In this document: in pieces, positions 37,193-47,335 of the stretch | Layout: each line of letters starts with the position of its first letter | Position numbering within the stretch: the stretch's first letter is position 1 | NCBI GenBank assembly: GCA_020060625.1 | Contig: JAGUZU010000087.1 | Coordinates: 8,500 to 72,499, forward strand | Direction: 5' to 3' | From: Anaerolineales bacterium | GTDB lineage: Bacteria > Chloroflexota > Anaerolineae > Anaerolineales > Villigracilaceae | Length of the DNA stretch: 64,000 nt | Notes under the pieces: model-generated | What the model saw: only the letters and a program-made list of their open reading frames with translations | The model's database searches: none | What the model was told of the DNA's origin: nothing | Position numbers and translations under genes: made by a program

Positions 37193-38638
37193 ATGACGCA
37201 GCCTCAATTTACAGATTTTTACACCATTCTTCCATATCTCATCCTCACCGTGTGGGCGTGCCTGCTTTTGCTGGTGGATCTCTTCATTCCGAAAAACCGT
37301 AAAAGTATCACCGCGCTCCTCTCGGCAGTGGGGCTGACGGGCGCGCTGGGATATTCCATCACACAGATCGGTCTCTCCAGCGCGGGTTTCAACCGCATGG
37401 TCTCGCTGGATGGATTCTCCACATTCGCCAACATCCTCCTCCTCATGAGCGGCTTGTTCGGCGTGGCGCTCGCCTATGGTTACACCAAACGCATGGGCAT
37501 TGAACGCGGCGAATTCTATATCCTCCTGCTTTTCAGCGTTTCCGGCATGATGCTCATGGCGCAAGCCAGCGACCTGATTGTCGTCTTCCTCGCGCTCGAA
37601 CTGCTTTCCATTCCGCTTTACGTCCTTTCCGCCATCGCCCGCAAACTCGACTCCGAAGAATCAGGTCTCAAATACTTTTTACTTGGCGCATTCGCCAGCG
37701 GATTTGTGGTGTACGGGACGGCTCTCATCTTCGGCGCGACCGGCTCCACCAACCTTGCCGACATCTTCGCCAAAGCCGCCTCCGGCGAGACCTCGAACCT
37801 GCTCCTCACCATCGGGGCGGCGCTGCTCCTCGTCGGGTTCGGCTTCAAGGTGGCGGCGGTCCCCTTCCACATGTGGACTCCCGACGTTTACCAGGGCGCG
37901 CCGACGGCGGTCACCGCTTTTATGGCAGCGGGCGCAAAGATTGCGGGTTTCGCGGCATTGTTTCGCGTATTCTCCACCGCCTTCCCCGCCCTCGCCGCCG
38001 ATTTCACCGACATCCTCTGGGCGCTCTCCGCCCTGACGATGATTGTAGGCAATCTGATCGCCATCTCGCAGACCAACATCAAACGCATGCTGGCGTACTC
38101 CGCCATTGCCCATGCTGGCTACATCCTTATGGCGTTCGTCCCCTACGGAAACGCGGACGTTGCCCCCGTCGCCATTGCAGCAGGCTTGTTCTACCTTGCC
38201 GCCTACGCCGTGACGAACTTCGGTTCATGGGGTGTTGTGATCGCGCTTGAACAAGCCGAAGGCAGGGGGCTTGAAATTGCGGATTACGCCGGTCTGGCGA
38301 AGAAGCATCCCGCCCTCGCCGCCGCCATGACCGTCTTCATGCTTTCCCTTATCGGCTTCCCCCCAACCATCGGGCTGGTGGGCAAGTTCTACCTCTTCCG
38401 TTCCGCTATTGCGGGCGGTTTCACAGGACTTGCCCTCATCGGCGTGGTTACATCATTGATCTCCGCATTCTACTACTTGCGCGTCGTCGTCAACATGTAC
38501 ATGAAGGAAGGCGATCCTGTTGTCGAACGCGAACCTTTGCTTGGCTTCACAACCGCGGTAATGGCAATCGTCACCGTGGCGCTAAGTTTCGTTCCGCAGT
38601 TCCTATTCCTGCTGGCAGGCACGGCAGTTTTGCGATAG
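37193..38638 (+). CDS. nuoN: NADH-quinone oxidoreductase subunit N
   Basis: FLALELLSIPLY, PFHMWTPDVYQGAPT, KRMLAYSAIAHAGY. Confidence 0.92.
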   Translation: MTQPQFTDFYTILPYLILTVWACLLLLVDLFIPKNRKSITALLSAVGLTGALGYSITQIGLSSAGFNRMVSLDGFSTFANILLLMSGLFGVALAYGYTKRMGIERGEFYILLLFSVSGMMLMAQASDLIVVFLALELLSIPLYVLSAIARKLDSEESGLKYFLLGAFASGFVVYGTALIFGATGSTNLADIFAKAASGETSNLLLTIGAALLLVGFGFKVAAVPFHMWTPDVYQGAPTAVTAFMAAGAKIAGFAALFRVFSTAFPALAADFTDILWALSALTMIVGNLIAISQTNIKRMLAYSAIAHAGYILMAFVPYGNADVAPVAIAAGLFYLAAYAVTNFGSWGVVIALEQAEGRGLEIADYAGLAKKHPALAAAMTVFMLSLIGFPPTIGLVGKFYLFRSAIAGGFTGLALIGVVTSLISAFYYLRVVVNMYMKEGDPVVEREPLLGFTTAVMAIVTVALSFVPQFLFLLAGTAVLR

Positions 38639-38662
38639 CGGAAATAATGCGAAATCAACCAA

Positions 38663-38698
38663 CCCTGAGCGCTCTCGCTGCTCGGGGTTTTTGTTTTA
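38663..38698 (+). terminator. Rho-independent terminator after nuoN
   Basis: CCCTGAGC gctctcgct GCTCGGGG followed by TTTTTGTTTT. Confidence 0.7.
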
Positions 38699-38765
38699 TC
38701 TAAGGTTTGCTCCCGTTGTGAAAAAAGCGTATACTGAAATTGGCACACACAGAAAGGATGAATCC

Positions 38766-39182
38766 ATGACGAAACAAATCGGCGTTTGGATTGACCATAA
38801 AAGGGCGGTGATCCTGACGGTGAGCGAACACAGTGAAGATATGCAAAAAATCGAATCGGGCATTGAACATCTCCGCCTGCGCGGGGTGACACGTTCACGC
38901 TCGCCGTACAGCGCCCAATACCAAAAAGGAGACGACCAGCTGGACAAACAGTACGACGGCTATCTCAACAAATATTATGAAAGCGTGCTTGCCCGTCTGC
39001 GCGGCGCGGACGCGCTTCTGATTTTGGGTCCCGGCGAGGCGAAGATGGAATTGAAGAAACGCCTCGAACGGGGGAAGACCTGTCCGCCGATTTCGGGCGT
39101 TTTCCCCGCCGACAAGATGACCGACCGTCAATTTGCGGCGAAAGTACGGAGACATTTTGCGGAGGTCGGAGAAGCCGTCTAA
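38766..39182 (+). CDS. Hypothetical protein (138 aa). Host-attachment / eRF1-like fold suspected only
   Basis: ATG 38766 after AAAGGA. VWIDHKRAVIL and LLILGPGEAKMELKKRL resemble that family, weak. Listed ORF from 38691. Confidence 0.5.
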   Translation: MTKQIGVWIDHKRAVILTVSEHSEDMQKIESGIEHLRLRGVTRSRSPYSAQYQKGDDQLDKQYDGYLNKYYESVLARLRGADALLILGPGEAKMELKKRLERGKTCPPISGVFPADKMTDRQFAAKVRRHFAEVGEAV

Positions 39183-39215
39183 TGCCGGGCAGGTTTCAGG
39201 TCGAGAGTGAAGCGG

Positions 39216-39248
39216 ACAGGACGGGCTTGCGCCCGTCCTGTTTCTGTT
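39216..39248 (+). terminator. Rho-independent terminator
   Basis: ACAGGACGGGC ttgc GCCCGTCCTGT then TTCTGTT. Confidence 0.7.
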
Positions 39249-39324
39249 AATTAGTTCCGCCGTCAAACTAATTCTTCGGCGTCAAAATTCACTATTGTTG
39301 CCTTTTACGGTATCATTCCCCGCT

Positions 39325-41457
39325 ATGGAATTTATCACATCCCCTTCACAAAAATTTGACCTTCCCAAACGCATCGCGCGTTTGGGAGAACTTGCCACAA
39401 ATCTGTGGTGGACCTGGAACCCCGAAGCGGCGCGCCTGTTTGGGCGGCTCGACTATGACCTGTGGGAACGTCTTGGTCACAACCCCATCCGCCTGTTGAA
39501 TGAGATCGAACATGCGCGTTTGAAACAATCCGCCAAGGATGCGGATTATCTGGCATTGTATGACGCGGTCTTTGAAAGGTTCGATGCTTATTTCAAAAAG
39601 CAGGCATGGACGCAGAAGGCGCATCCCGAATTGAAAAACCCGGTCGCCTATTTTTCGATGGAGTACGGCTTGCATGAAACGCTTCCCATTTATTCGGGCG
39701 GGCTCGGCGTGCTTTCCGGCGACCACCTCAAGGAAGCCTCCGATCTTGGGCTGCCGCTGGTCGGCGTCGGCTTTATGTACGCGCAGGGATATTTCTCCCA
39801 GCGCATCAGCGAAGACGGCTGGCAGGAGGCGCTCAACAACTTCCTCACCTTCGATGACCTGCCCGTCGCGCTCGTTACCAAAGATGGCGAGCCTGTTGCC
39901 ATCGAAATCAATTTCCCCGACCGCGCAATCCGCGCCCAGATTTGGGAAGTGCGCGTCGGGCGGGTGCCGCTTTACCTGCTCGATTCGAACGTGGAAGGCA
40001 ACGACGAATACGACCGCCTGCTGACAGCGCGTTTGTACTGGTCTGACCTCGACCGCCGCATCATGCAGGAAATCCTTTTGGGGATCGGCGGAGTCCGCGC
40101 CCTGCGCGCGTTGGGATACGACCCCGCCGTCTGGCACATGAACGAGGGACACGCCTCCTTCCTGACCCTGGAGCGGATTCGTGAACTTGTGGCTGGCGGC
40201 AACACCTTTGCCGACGCCGCCAGGCAGACGCTTTCACAAAACGTCTTTACCACGCATACGCCCGTCCCGGCTGGCAATGACGAATTCCCGCTCTGGCTGG
40301 TGGAAAAATATCTCGCGAATTACTGGGGCGAACTTGGCATCACCCGCGAGGAATTCATGGAGGTTGCCAAACACAGCCATCCGCACGGCGAGACGTACTC
40401 CATGCCGATCCTTGCCTTGAAATTATCAGGCGGCAGCAACGCCGTCTCTGAACTGCATGGCGAAGTCTCGCGTGAGATGTGGAAATCCTTGTGGAGCGAC
40501 CGCCCTGTGAAGGACGTGCCGATTGATCACATCACCAACGGAGTCCACACCGCGAACTGGCTGGCGCGCCGCATGAACATCCTGCTGGAGAAATACCTCG
40601 GCGCGGACTGGTACGACAATCTGGACGACCCGAAGTTGATGCAGAAGCTCGATACCATTCCCGACGAGGAATTATGGAAGGTTCGCCTGCATCTCAAACG
40701 CAAGCTGGCGTTCTACCTGCGCGAGCGCGTCCGTGACCGCTGGACGCATGGCGGATTCCATCCCGTGCAGGTGGTCTCCTCCGGCGTGCTCATCAACCCC
40801 TACGCGCTGACCATCGGCTTTGCGCGCCGCTTCGCCACCTACAAACGCGCCAGCCTCGTCTTCTCGGATGTGGAACGCCTGCTGGAAATCATCAACCGCC
40901 CGAACATGCCTGTGCAGATCATCTTCGCAGGCAAGGCGCATCCCGCCGACGAGCCGGGCAAGCAGTTGATCCAGAAGGTCTATCGCACCGTCAAGAAAGC
41001 CGAAACGGGCGGACGCCTCGTCTTCCTCGAAGATTACGACATGAACCTTGCCCGTTACCTCGTGCAGGGCGTGGATGTGTGGATGAACACGCCGCGCCGT
41101 CCTTATGAAGCGAGCGGAACATCGGGGATGAAAGCTGCCATCAACGGCGCGCTGAACTTCTCCATTTTGGATGGCTGGTGGCGCGAAGCGTACAACGAGC
41201 GCAACGGCTGGGCGATTGGCGAAGAGAAACCATACGAATCCGCTGAAACACAGGATGCTGCCGATGCGGAAAGCCTGTATCGCGCGCTCGAACATGAGAT
41301 CATCCCGCTGTATTACGACCGGAACTCAAAAGAAATGCCCCTTGATTGGATCGCCCGCGCAAAGGACGCGATGAAGACGGTCATTCCGCAGTTTTCCACC
41401 CGCCGCATGGTCAAGGAATACGTGGAGAAGTTCTACGCGCCCGCGGCAAAGAAATAA
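39325..41457 (+). CDS. glgP: Alpha-glucan (glycogen/maltodextrin) phosphorylase, GT35
   Basis: N-terminal LATNLWWTWNPEA (DUF3417-type), GGLGVLSGDHLKEASDLGLP, PLP-lysine region EASGTSGMKAAINGALNFSILDGWW. Start probably ATG 39325 (listed 39295). Confidence 0.9.
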   Translation: MEFITSPSQKFDLPKRIARLGELATNLWWTWNPEAARLFGRLDYDLWERLGHNPIRLLNEIEHARLKQSAKDADYLALYDAVFERFDAYFKKQAWTQKAHPELKNPVAYFSMEYGLHETLPIYSGGLGVLSGDHLKEASDLGLPLVGVGFMYAQGYFSQRISEDGWQEALNNFLTFDDLPVALVTKDGEPVAIEINFPDRAIRAQIWEVRVGRVPLYLLDSNVEGNDEYDRLLTARLYWSDLDRRIMQEILLGIGGVRALRALGYDPAVWHMNEGHASFLTLERIRELVAGGNTFADAARQTLSQNVFTTHTPVPAGNDEFPLWLVEKYLANYWGELGITREEFMEVAKHSHPHGETYSMPILALKLSGGSNAVSELHGEVSREMWKSLWSDRPVKDVPIDHITNGVHTANWLARRMNILLEKYLGADWYDNLDDPKLMQKLDTIPDEELWKVRLHLKRKLAFYLRERVRDRWTHGGFHPVQVVSSGVLINPYALTIGFARRFATYKRASLVFSDVERLLEIINRPNMPVQIIFAGKAHPADEPGKQLIQKVYRTVKKAETGGRLVFLEDYDMNLARYLVQGVDVWMNTPRRPYEASGTSGMKAAINGALNFSILDGWWREAYNERNGWAIGEEKPYESAETQDAADAESLYRALEHEIIPLYYDRNSKEMPLDWIARAKDAMKTVIPQFSTRRMVKEYVEKFYAPAAKK

Positions 41458-41464
41458 AAGGATT

Positions 41465-41535
41465 CACCACAGAGGTCACGGAGTTCACAGAGAAAAAACC
41501 GTAAAAATCTCCGTGATCTCTGTGCGCTCTGTGGT
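41465..41535. repeat. Hairpin repeat, 'CACCACAGAG ... CTCTGTGGTG' family
   Basis: CACCACAGAGGTCACGGAG ... CTCCGTGATCTCTGTGCGCTCTGTGGT. Related copies at 59067-59130, variants at 58916-58971 and 48366-48427. Confidence 0.7.
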
Positions 41536-41547
41536 AAAAGAGAGTCT

Positions 41548-41892
41548 ATGTTGCCCGAAATCACAGTCACTGAACTTGCCGAAAAGCTCAAATCCGAAGA
41601 AAGATTCATCCTGCTGGATGTGCGCGAACTCGCAGAGTTGAATCATGCCAAAATCGAAGACACCAGGCTTGAGGTCGCGCCTTTGAGCCGGTTGGCGAGC
41701 GGGGGACCGGGCGCATTGCCCGAGTCGGTCAAAGCGCAGGAACTGCCTGTCTATATCATCTGTCATCACGGCAGCCGCAGTATGCAGGTGACCGTATGGC
41801 TGGCGCAGCAGGAATTTAAAAACGTCTTCAACGTGCGCGGGGGGATCGACGAATACGCGCGCAAAGTGGATTCTTCGGTAGGTATGTATTAA
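41548..41892 (+). CDS. Single-domain rhodanese sulfurtransferase
   Basis: Active-site loop ICHHGSRS and C-terminal GGIDEY. Confidence 0.85.
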   Translation: MLPEITVTELAEKLKSEERFILLDVRELAELNHAKIEDTRLEVAPLSRLASGGPGALPESVKAQELPVYIICHHGSRSMQVTVWLAQQEFKNVFNVRGGIDEYARKVDSSVGMY

Positions 41893-42286
41893 CTCTGTAC
41901 TTTAAACCAGACTGCCACCCTTGCGGGTGGCAATCGTGGGGCGCTGTGGCTTCCCGAAGGTACAGGCGTGCTTCCTGCCTGAATTACTTGAGGAGGGATG
42001 CCACAGCGCTGGGTTTAATGCTACTATCCATGAGAGACATCACCTCCTCCTTTCTATAGGATGGCGGTTCAATTTGTTTGCCCCCAAGCGATGGCAGAAG
42101 TATGTCACAAAATAATTTGGGTGTCAATGGCGCGGAATTCGATTCTCACAAATTTGTAATCATCGTCCGGTTGCGCCCAAATCCTCCACATTTTTGAGAT
42201 TTCTGACACCTTTTGATAGACTCCGCAAGTCTTGCAGGGCTATCCTTGCCCAAATCCGCAAACCCTCGTGGTAAAAGGAGCAATCA

Positions 42287-43876
42287 ATGAAAACCAATCC
42301 CAACAAACTCTGGATCATCGCCCTTGCCCTCGGCTGGCTCTTCGACTTCCTCTTTTGGAAGCACATCCCCGGCATCAACTTTGCCGTCTTCTGGACGGCT
42401 TGTGTGATTGCCGCCTTCTACCTGTTGCTGAGCGACGGGCTTCGCCCGCATCGCGCCAGCCTCATCCTGCTCCCGCTTTTCGGCTTCTTCGCCGCTGTGA
42501 CCTTCATCCGCGCCGAGCCGATGACGACCTTTCTCGCCTATACCTTCACCATGTTCACGCTCACCATCCTTGCGCTCACTTATCTTGGCGGACGCTGGGT
42601 GCAATACACCCTCGCAGATTACTTCGCGAAACTTTTCGCGCTGGCTGGAAGCATGATCGCCCGCCCATTGACCTTCACCACTGACGCGCGAAAGGCGCAG
42701 GCGGAGGCGGGCGGGCAAACTCCGAAGTTCAATCTCTGGCCCCTCGTGCGCGGAATCCTGATCGCCCTGCCGGTTGTGGCGATCTTCGCCTCCCTGCTCG
42801 CCTCCGCAGACGTGGTCTTCGGGCAGCGGCTGGATGATTTCGTCGAACTCTTCAAACTCGAGAAACTGCCCGAATACATCTTCCGCCTGATCTACATTCT
42901 TGTCATTGGCTATGCCCTTGCGGGGATCGTTTTACACGCCGCTTTTTCATCGAAGGATGAAAAGCTGGTTGGCGAAGAAAAGCCATTTATCCCGCAGTTT
43001 CTCGGCTTCATCGAATCTGGCATTGTGCTGGGGAGCGTGGTCGTGCTGTTCGCCGTTTTTGTGACCATCCAATTCCAATACTTCTTTGGCGGCGAGACGA
43101 ACATCAACGTCGAAGGCTATACCTACGCCGAATACGCCCGCCGCGGATTTGGCGAACTGGTCGCGGTGGCATTCTTCGCCCTGCTCATGCTGCTGACTTT
43201 GAGCGCCGTCACCAAACGCGAGACCGAATCACAGCGCAGGATATTCTCGGGCTTGGGCATTGCGCTCGTCGCTTTGTTGTTGGTGATGCTTATATCGGCG
43301 TATCAACGTCTCGTTTTGTATGAGGCGGCGTATGGCTTCTCACGCCTGCGCGCCTACACCCACGTCTTCCTCGTCTGGATCGGTCTGCTCCTCGTCGCCG
43401 TCATCGCCCTTGAAATTCTGCGCAAGGAGCGGATGTTCGCCTTTGCCATGCTGATCGCTTCCTTTGGCTTTGCCGTTACACTGCCCATCCTGAACGTGGA
43501 TGCGTTCATCGTGAATCAAAACATTCAGCGCGAACTGAATGGAGGCGAGGCTGAAGACCTGGACTCGCAATACTTCATCGAACTCTCCGATGACGCCGTG
43601 CCCGCGCTCGTGGGCTTGCTTCGCGCTTCGACCCTGCCTGATTCCGTCCATGAGAAGGTGGGCGCGGCTCTGGCTTGCATCCGCCACCAGCGCGGACAGA
43701 ACGACCGCGACCAGTCATGGCAATCCTTCCACTTCGCCCGCCTCAACGCGGACAAGGCTTTGGCTTCGGTGAAGGTTGATCTCGACGAATACGAAATAGT
43801 GGATGCGGAATGGCCTGTGATGGCAATCGCCCCCTCCGGCACGGAATATTCCTGCTGGCGGTATTATTACGATTAG
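42287..43876 (+). CDS. Polytopic membrane protein, DUF4173/DUF4153-like
   Basis: About 10 predicted TM helices. N-terminus LWIIALALGWLFDFLFW is typical of that family. Function unknown. Confidence 0.65.
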   Translation: MKTNPNKLWIIALALGWLFDFLFWKHIPGINFAVFWTACVIAAFYLLLSDGLRPHRASLILLPLFGFFAAVTFIRAEPMTTFLAYTFTMFTLTILALTYLGGRWVQYTLADYFAKLFALAGSMIARPLTFTTDARKAQAEAGGQTPKFNLWPLVRGILIALPVVAIFASLLASADVVFGQRLDDFVELFKLEKLPEYIFRLIYILVIGYALAGIVLHAAFSSKDEKLVGEEKPFIPQFLGFIESGIVLGSVVVLFAVFVTIQFQYFFGGETNINVEGYTYAEYARRGFGELVAVAFFALLMLLTLSAVTKRETESQRRIFSGLGIALVALLLVMLISAYQRLVLYEAAYGFSRLRAYTHVFLVWIGLLLVAVIALEILRKERMFAFAMLIASFGFAVTLPILNVDAFIVNQNIQRELNGGEAEDLDSQYFIELSDDAVPALVGLLRASTLPDSVHEKVGAALACIRHQRGQNDRDQSWQSFHFARLNADKALASVKVDLDEYEIVDAEWPVMAIAPSGTEYSCWRYYYD

Positions 43877-43932
43877 TCCGCGCTGCGTCGTTGCGGGCGA
43901 AGCAATTTCAATATATTGGAGGGATATTGCAT

Positions 43933-43969
43933 AAGCGACCTGACTGTTTCTAAAACAGACAGGTCGCTT
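43933..43969. terminator. Bidirectional hairpin between convergent genes
   Basis: AAGCGACCTGaCTGTTT cta AAACAGaCAGGTCGCTT followed by T. Confidence 0.6.
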
Positions 43970-44017
43970 TAGATAATGGAAAAGGCGTTGTGGATTCTTA
44001 TCCTAACGCGTTTAGGG

Positions 44018-44842
44018 CTATTTATTGGCTTCGTTTCCCACCCCTACCTGAAACTGAACGATCCGATCCAGCCGAAACGTGCGTTCGGCTGCGCGGGTGT
44101 GGCAATAGGCTTGCAGGTAAATATAATCCGCCAAGCCGATCACTTCCTTCGGCGTGATCCAGCGTTCGGAAGTCTCGCCGTCCTTGTCCATGTATTTGAT
44201 GAACAGGCGTTTCCCGCTCGTAATGGCTTCGCTCAACTCGGTCGGCAGGTACACGCCTTCGGGCGGCCAGGCGGGCGAATTGTAAATGCCGATGAAATCC
44301 TCCAGCGACTTGCCGATGGACTTGAGCGAATCGGTCATGGCGAAGAACAGGTTCTTCATCGTGATCGCATCGGCAAGCGCCTGCGAGCCGTCCATGTTGG
44401 CAGTCACGTTGAAATCCCGCGCGAGATGTTTCAGGCTGTATGATGGCAGGTCGTAGAACTGGCGCGACATTAACAGTGTATCAATCAGGTTGGGGAATTC
44501 GACGGCGCGATTCAACTTGCGATATTCGTTATCGAGGAATTGGATATCGAACTTGGCGTTGTGACAGACGACCACCGCCTCATTTAACAACGGGTCGAGT
44601 TGCTCGGTGATCTCCGCAAACTTCGGCGCCGCTGACAGCTTTGACTCGTCCAAACCATTGACGTGAACCGCTGACGGCGAAAGAGTCCGCTCGGGGTTGA
44701 TGAGCAGGTCGAGGGTCCGTTTGACGCGTTTGCCTTCGGTCAGCACAACCGCGATCTGGCAGATGCGGTCTCCGAACCAGGGCGAAAGTCCGGTCGTTTC
44801 GATATCCAAAAAAGCGAAGCGGGCATTTGCGATGTTAAGCAT
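44018..44842 (-). CDS. DnaQ-like 3'-5' exonuclease fused to a C-terminal WYL domain
   Basis: Exo[10 protein letters not shown], Exo[15 protein letters not shown], ExoIII region [10 protein letters not shown]-terminal [24 protein letters not shown]...[20 protein letters not shown] is a WYL-type signature. Confidence 0.8.
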   Translation of the reverse strand: MLNIANARFAFLDIETTGLSPWFGDRICQIAVVLTEGKRVKRTLDLLINPERTLSPSAVHVNGLDESKLSAAPKFAEITEQLDPLLNEAVVVCHNAKFDIQFLDNEYRKLNRAVEFPNLIDTLLMSRQFYDLPSYSLKHLARDFNVTANMDGSQALADAITMKNLFFAMTDSLKSIGKSLEDFIGIYNSPAWPPEGVYLPTELSEAITSGKRLFIKYMDKDGETSERWITPKEVIGLADYIYLQAYCHTRAAERTFRLDRIVQFQVGVGNEANK

Positions 44843-44925
44843 GGCTATTATTTTACCCCGCCAAACCCCGCTTCAAATCAGATACAATCAGGGAATTCCG
44901 AACAGTATCACGGAGAAACGAATCC

Positions 44926-45561
44926 ATGCAAAACCCTGAAACGAACGAAGATTTCGACGAACGCCCAACGTTCAACGAAGATATTGACACCCCTGCCATT
45001 GAAGAGGCAGTCCGTGCGATGCTGACCGCCTTTGGCGAAAACCCCGACCGTGAAGGGTTGGTCAACACGCCCAAGCGCGTCGCGCGCATGTACCCCGAAC
45101 TGCTCAGCGGATACCGCACCGACGTGCATAAACTCGTCAACGGCGCGATCTTCAATGTCACCTATGATGATATGGTCATTGTGCGCGACATCGAATTCTT
45201 TAGCCTGTGCGAACATCACATGCTGCCGTTCGTGGGACGCGCCCATGTCGCTTATATTCCAAACGGGCAGGTGATCGGTCTCTCGAAAATCCCCCGCATC
45301 GTGGATATGTACGCCCGCCGCCTTCAAGTGCAGGAACGCATGACGCGCCAGATCGCCGACTTCCTTCACGACCTGCTCAAGCCGCAGGGCGTGGCGGTGG
45401 TCATCGAGGCGCTGCATCTGTGCGCGATGATGCGCGGTGTGAGAAAACATGACGCGCGCATGACCACTTCTTCCATGCTTGGTAGTTTTCGCAAGAGCAT
45501 CAACACCCGCCAGGAATTTCTGGATCATCTCGACCGCGGCGCGGAACCGCTCAGGATATGA
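44926..45561 (+). CDS. folE: GTP cyclohydrolase I
   Basis: [50 protein letters not shown]. Confidence 0.93.
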   Translation: MQNPETNEDFDERPTFNEDIDTPAIEEAVRAMLTAFGENPDREGLVNTPKRVARMYPELLSGYRTDVHKLVNGAIFNVTYDDMVIVRDIEFFSLCEHHMLPFVGRAHVAYIPNGQVIGLSKIPRIVDMYARRLQVQERMTRQIADFLHDLLKPQGVAVVIEALHLCAMMRGVRKHDARMTTSSMLGSFRKSINTRQEFLDHLDRGAEPLRI

Positions 45562-46033
45562 CAACACCCTCCCGCTTTCGCATCCATACCTGACGTTTGA
45601 CCTGCTCTGCCACCCGGGCAAGCGTCTCGCCCCGGGCTGGATGGATGAAATCGGGCAGTAATTCCGCCAGCGGCACGATGACGAAGGCGTACTCCCAAAA
45701 ATCCGCGTTGAGCGGGGTTTCGTCATAGAGTTCGATGTCAATATCAATGGGACGGGGCGCGTTCTTCTCCGCGCTCCGCACCCTGCCAAGTTTTGCTTCG
45801 ATGGGGCGGATGACGGTTTCTTTAAATTCGACGGGTCCCAGCGGGGTGAGAAACAATGCGCAGGCGTTCAAGAAATTCGGTCCATCGAACCCCACTGATT
45901 CCGTTTCCCACACCGACGATACAGCCTCGACTTTCCCAACCTCTTGAAGCATTTGTATCGCCTTTGGCAAATTGACCTCCGCCCCAATGTTCGAGCCGAG
46001 GCTCAAATAAGCGCGATGCAGGTCACTCGTCAC
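45551..46033 (-). CDS. folK: 2-amino-4-hydroxy-6-hydroxymethyldihydropteridine pyrophosphokinase
   Basis: [10 protein letters not shown] start, [11 protein letters not shown]-type motif ([13 protein letters not shown]). Overlaps folB. Confidence 0.88.
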   Translation of the reverse strand: MTSDLHRAYLSLGSNIGAEVNLPKAIQMLQEVGKVEAVSSVWETESVGFDGPNFLNACALFLTPLGPVEFKETVIRPIEAKLGRVRSAEKNAPRPIDIDIELYDETPLNADFWEYAFVIVPLAELLPDFIHPARGETLARVAEQVKRQVWMRKREGVVIS

Positions 46034-46379
46034 GGCTGCGCTCCACCTCCACGCCTACGGATTTTGCAAAGCGCACCGCGCCGGGCTTCTCCACCCGCAC
46101 GATGACCTTATTCACCAAACCATCTTCGAGACATAGTTTTGCAAGGTCATTTGCCAGCGCTTCCACGGTCAAACGCGCGGCGGTTTCGGCGTGGGTTTGC
46201 ACCTTCTTTGCCAACGCGCTGTAATCCACGCTGTATGCGATGTCGTCCGTTTCACCGGCGCGCGAGGTGTCGGTGAACACGGTCATGTTGATCAAAATGT
46301 CCTGCGCCTTTTCCCGCTCCCAATCACGGATGCCGATAATGCCGCGCGCGAGCAGGTCTTTGATGAATACTTTGTCCAT
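46023..46379 (-). CDS. folB: Dihydroneopterin aldolase
   Basis: MDKVFIKDLLARGIIGIRDWEREKAQDILINM...DYSAL pattern. 118 aa. Confidence 0.85.
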   Translation of the reverse strand: MDKVFIKDLLARGIIGIRDWEREKAQDILINMTVFTDTSRAGETDDIAYSVDYSALAKKVQTHAETAARLTVEALANDLAKLCLEDGLVNKVIVRVEKPGAVRFAKSVGVEVERSRDE

Positions 46380-46392
46380 GAATTCTCCTTAT

Positions 46393-46466
46393 GTCATTGC
46401 GAGGGCGAAGCCCAAAGCGATCTCGAACTTTGAATGAGGAGATTGCTTCGCTGCGCTCGCAATGAC
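46393..46466. repeat. Complete hairpin repeat of the GTCATTGCGAG family
   Basis: GTCATTGCGAGGGCGAAGC ... GCTTCGCTGCGCTCGCAATGAC inverted arms. Confidence 0.75.
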
Positions 46467-46469
46467 AAG

Positions 46470-47192
46470 CTAAAGTAAATGCCTTCCACCATCTACATGA
46501 ATGATTTCACCTGTGATATAGGCGGGACCCGTCAATAAAAACAATAGCGCGTCTTCGGCTTCGCCCGCCTCGCTCCAGCGTTTGGCTGGCACGGCTTCGA
46601 TGATCTTTTCACTTGCCGATGATGAATCCGCGGGCGGGAGGATTGCTCCCAACGCCAGCCCATTGACGGTGATATCCGGGGCGAGCGCCGCCGCCAGAGA
46701 TTTTGTCATCGCTGCAAGCGCGGATTTGGTGACAGTGTAGGGGAAATGGTCCGCGCCGGGGCGCAATGCGCGCCAATCGAGGATGTTGACGATACGCCCT
46801 TCTTTGACATGTTTTGCAAACGCCTGACTAAGCAAAAACGGCGCAGTGAGGTTGATATTCAAATGGCGATTCCAATCTTCCAGCGTGGTGTCATGGACTG
46901 TGAGCGGCTCGAAAATGGATGCGCTGTTGACCAGCGCGTAGAGCGGGCTCAATTCGCTGGCGCGTTCGATTAATTGCAAAACGTTTTCGGGTTGGGAAAA
47001 GTCCGCAGCGAGCGCCCAAGCCCGGCGTCCGAATGAGGCGATTTCTTGTCTGACGGATTCGGCTTCTGCGGGGGAATGTCCATGATGGAGGATGACATCC
47101 GCGCCCGCTTTCACGCAGGCGAGCGCGAAGAGACGCCCCAGGCGGCGGGCGGCTCCGGTGACGAGGATTGTCTTGCCTTTCAGGTCGTTCAT
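46470..47192 (-). CDS. Short-chain dehydrogenase/reductase, pteridine-reductase-like by context
   Basis: ILVTGAARRLGR cofactor motif, NSAS, YTVTKSAL catalytic YxxxK. Start taken at MNDLKGK (47192), listed ORF extends to 47309. Confidence 0.8.
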   Translation of the reverse strand: MNDLKGKTILVTGAARRLGRLFALACVKAGADVILHHGHSPAEAESVRQEIASFGRRAWALAADFSQPENVLQLIERASELSPLYALVNSASIFEPLTVHDTTLEDWNRHLNINLTAPFLLSQAFAKHVKEGRIVNILDWRALRPGADHFPYTVTKSALAAMTKSLAAALAPDITVNGLALGAILPPADSSSASEKIIEAVPAKRWSEAGEAEDALLFLLTGPAYITGEIIHVDGGRHLL

Positions 47193-47335
47193 TAGGTTGA
47201 TTTTATCATTTCCAAAAAAGATGGGTTTTATCCTATTCTTGACGTCCCTTTTTTGTGGTGATAACATGACCCGAAACGTTGCAGAGACTGCCGATGTTTT
47301 GCTCTTCAAAATTTATTTGAGAAAGGCGCAAACGT

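Noticed and set aside
41893-42286. tmRNA, RNase P RNA, 6S or SRP RNA in the long non-coding gap
   Set aside because: None of the conserved cores I know were found on either strand: the tRNA-like GGTTCGAATCC...CCA end with a GGGG 5' start for tmRNA, the GGAAAGTCCGGGC-type P4 region for RNase P, or the SRP GGAA tetraloop domain. Kept only as an unclassified structured region.
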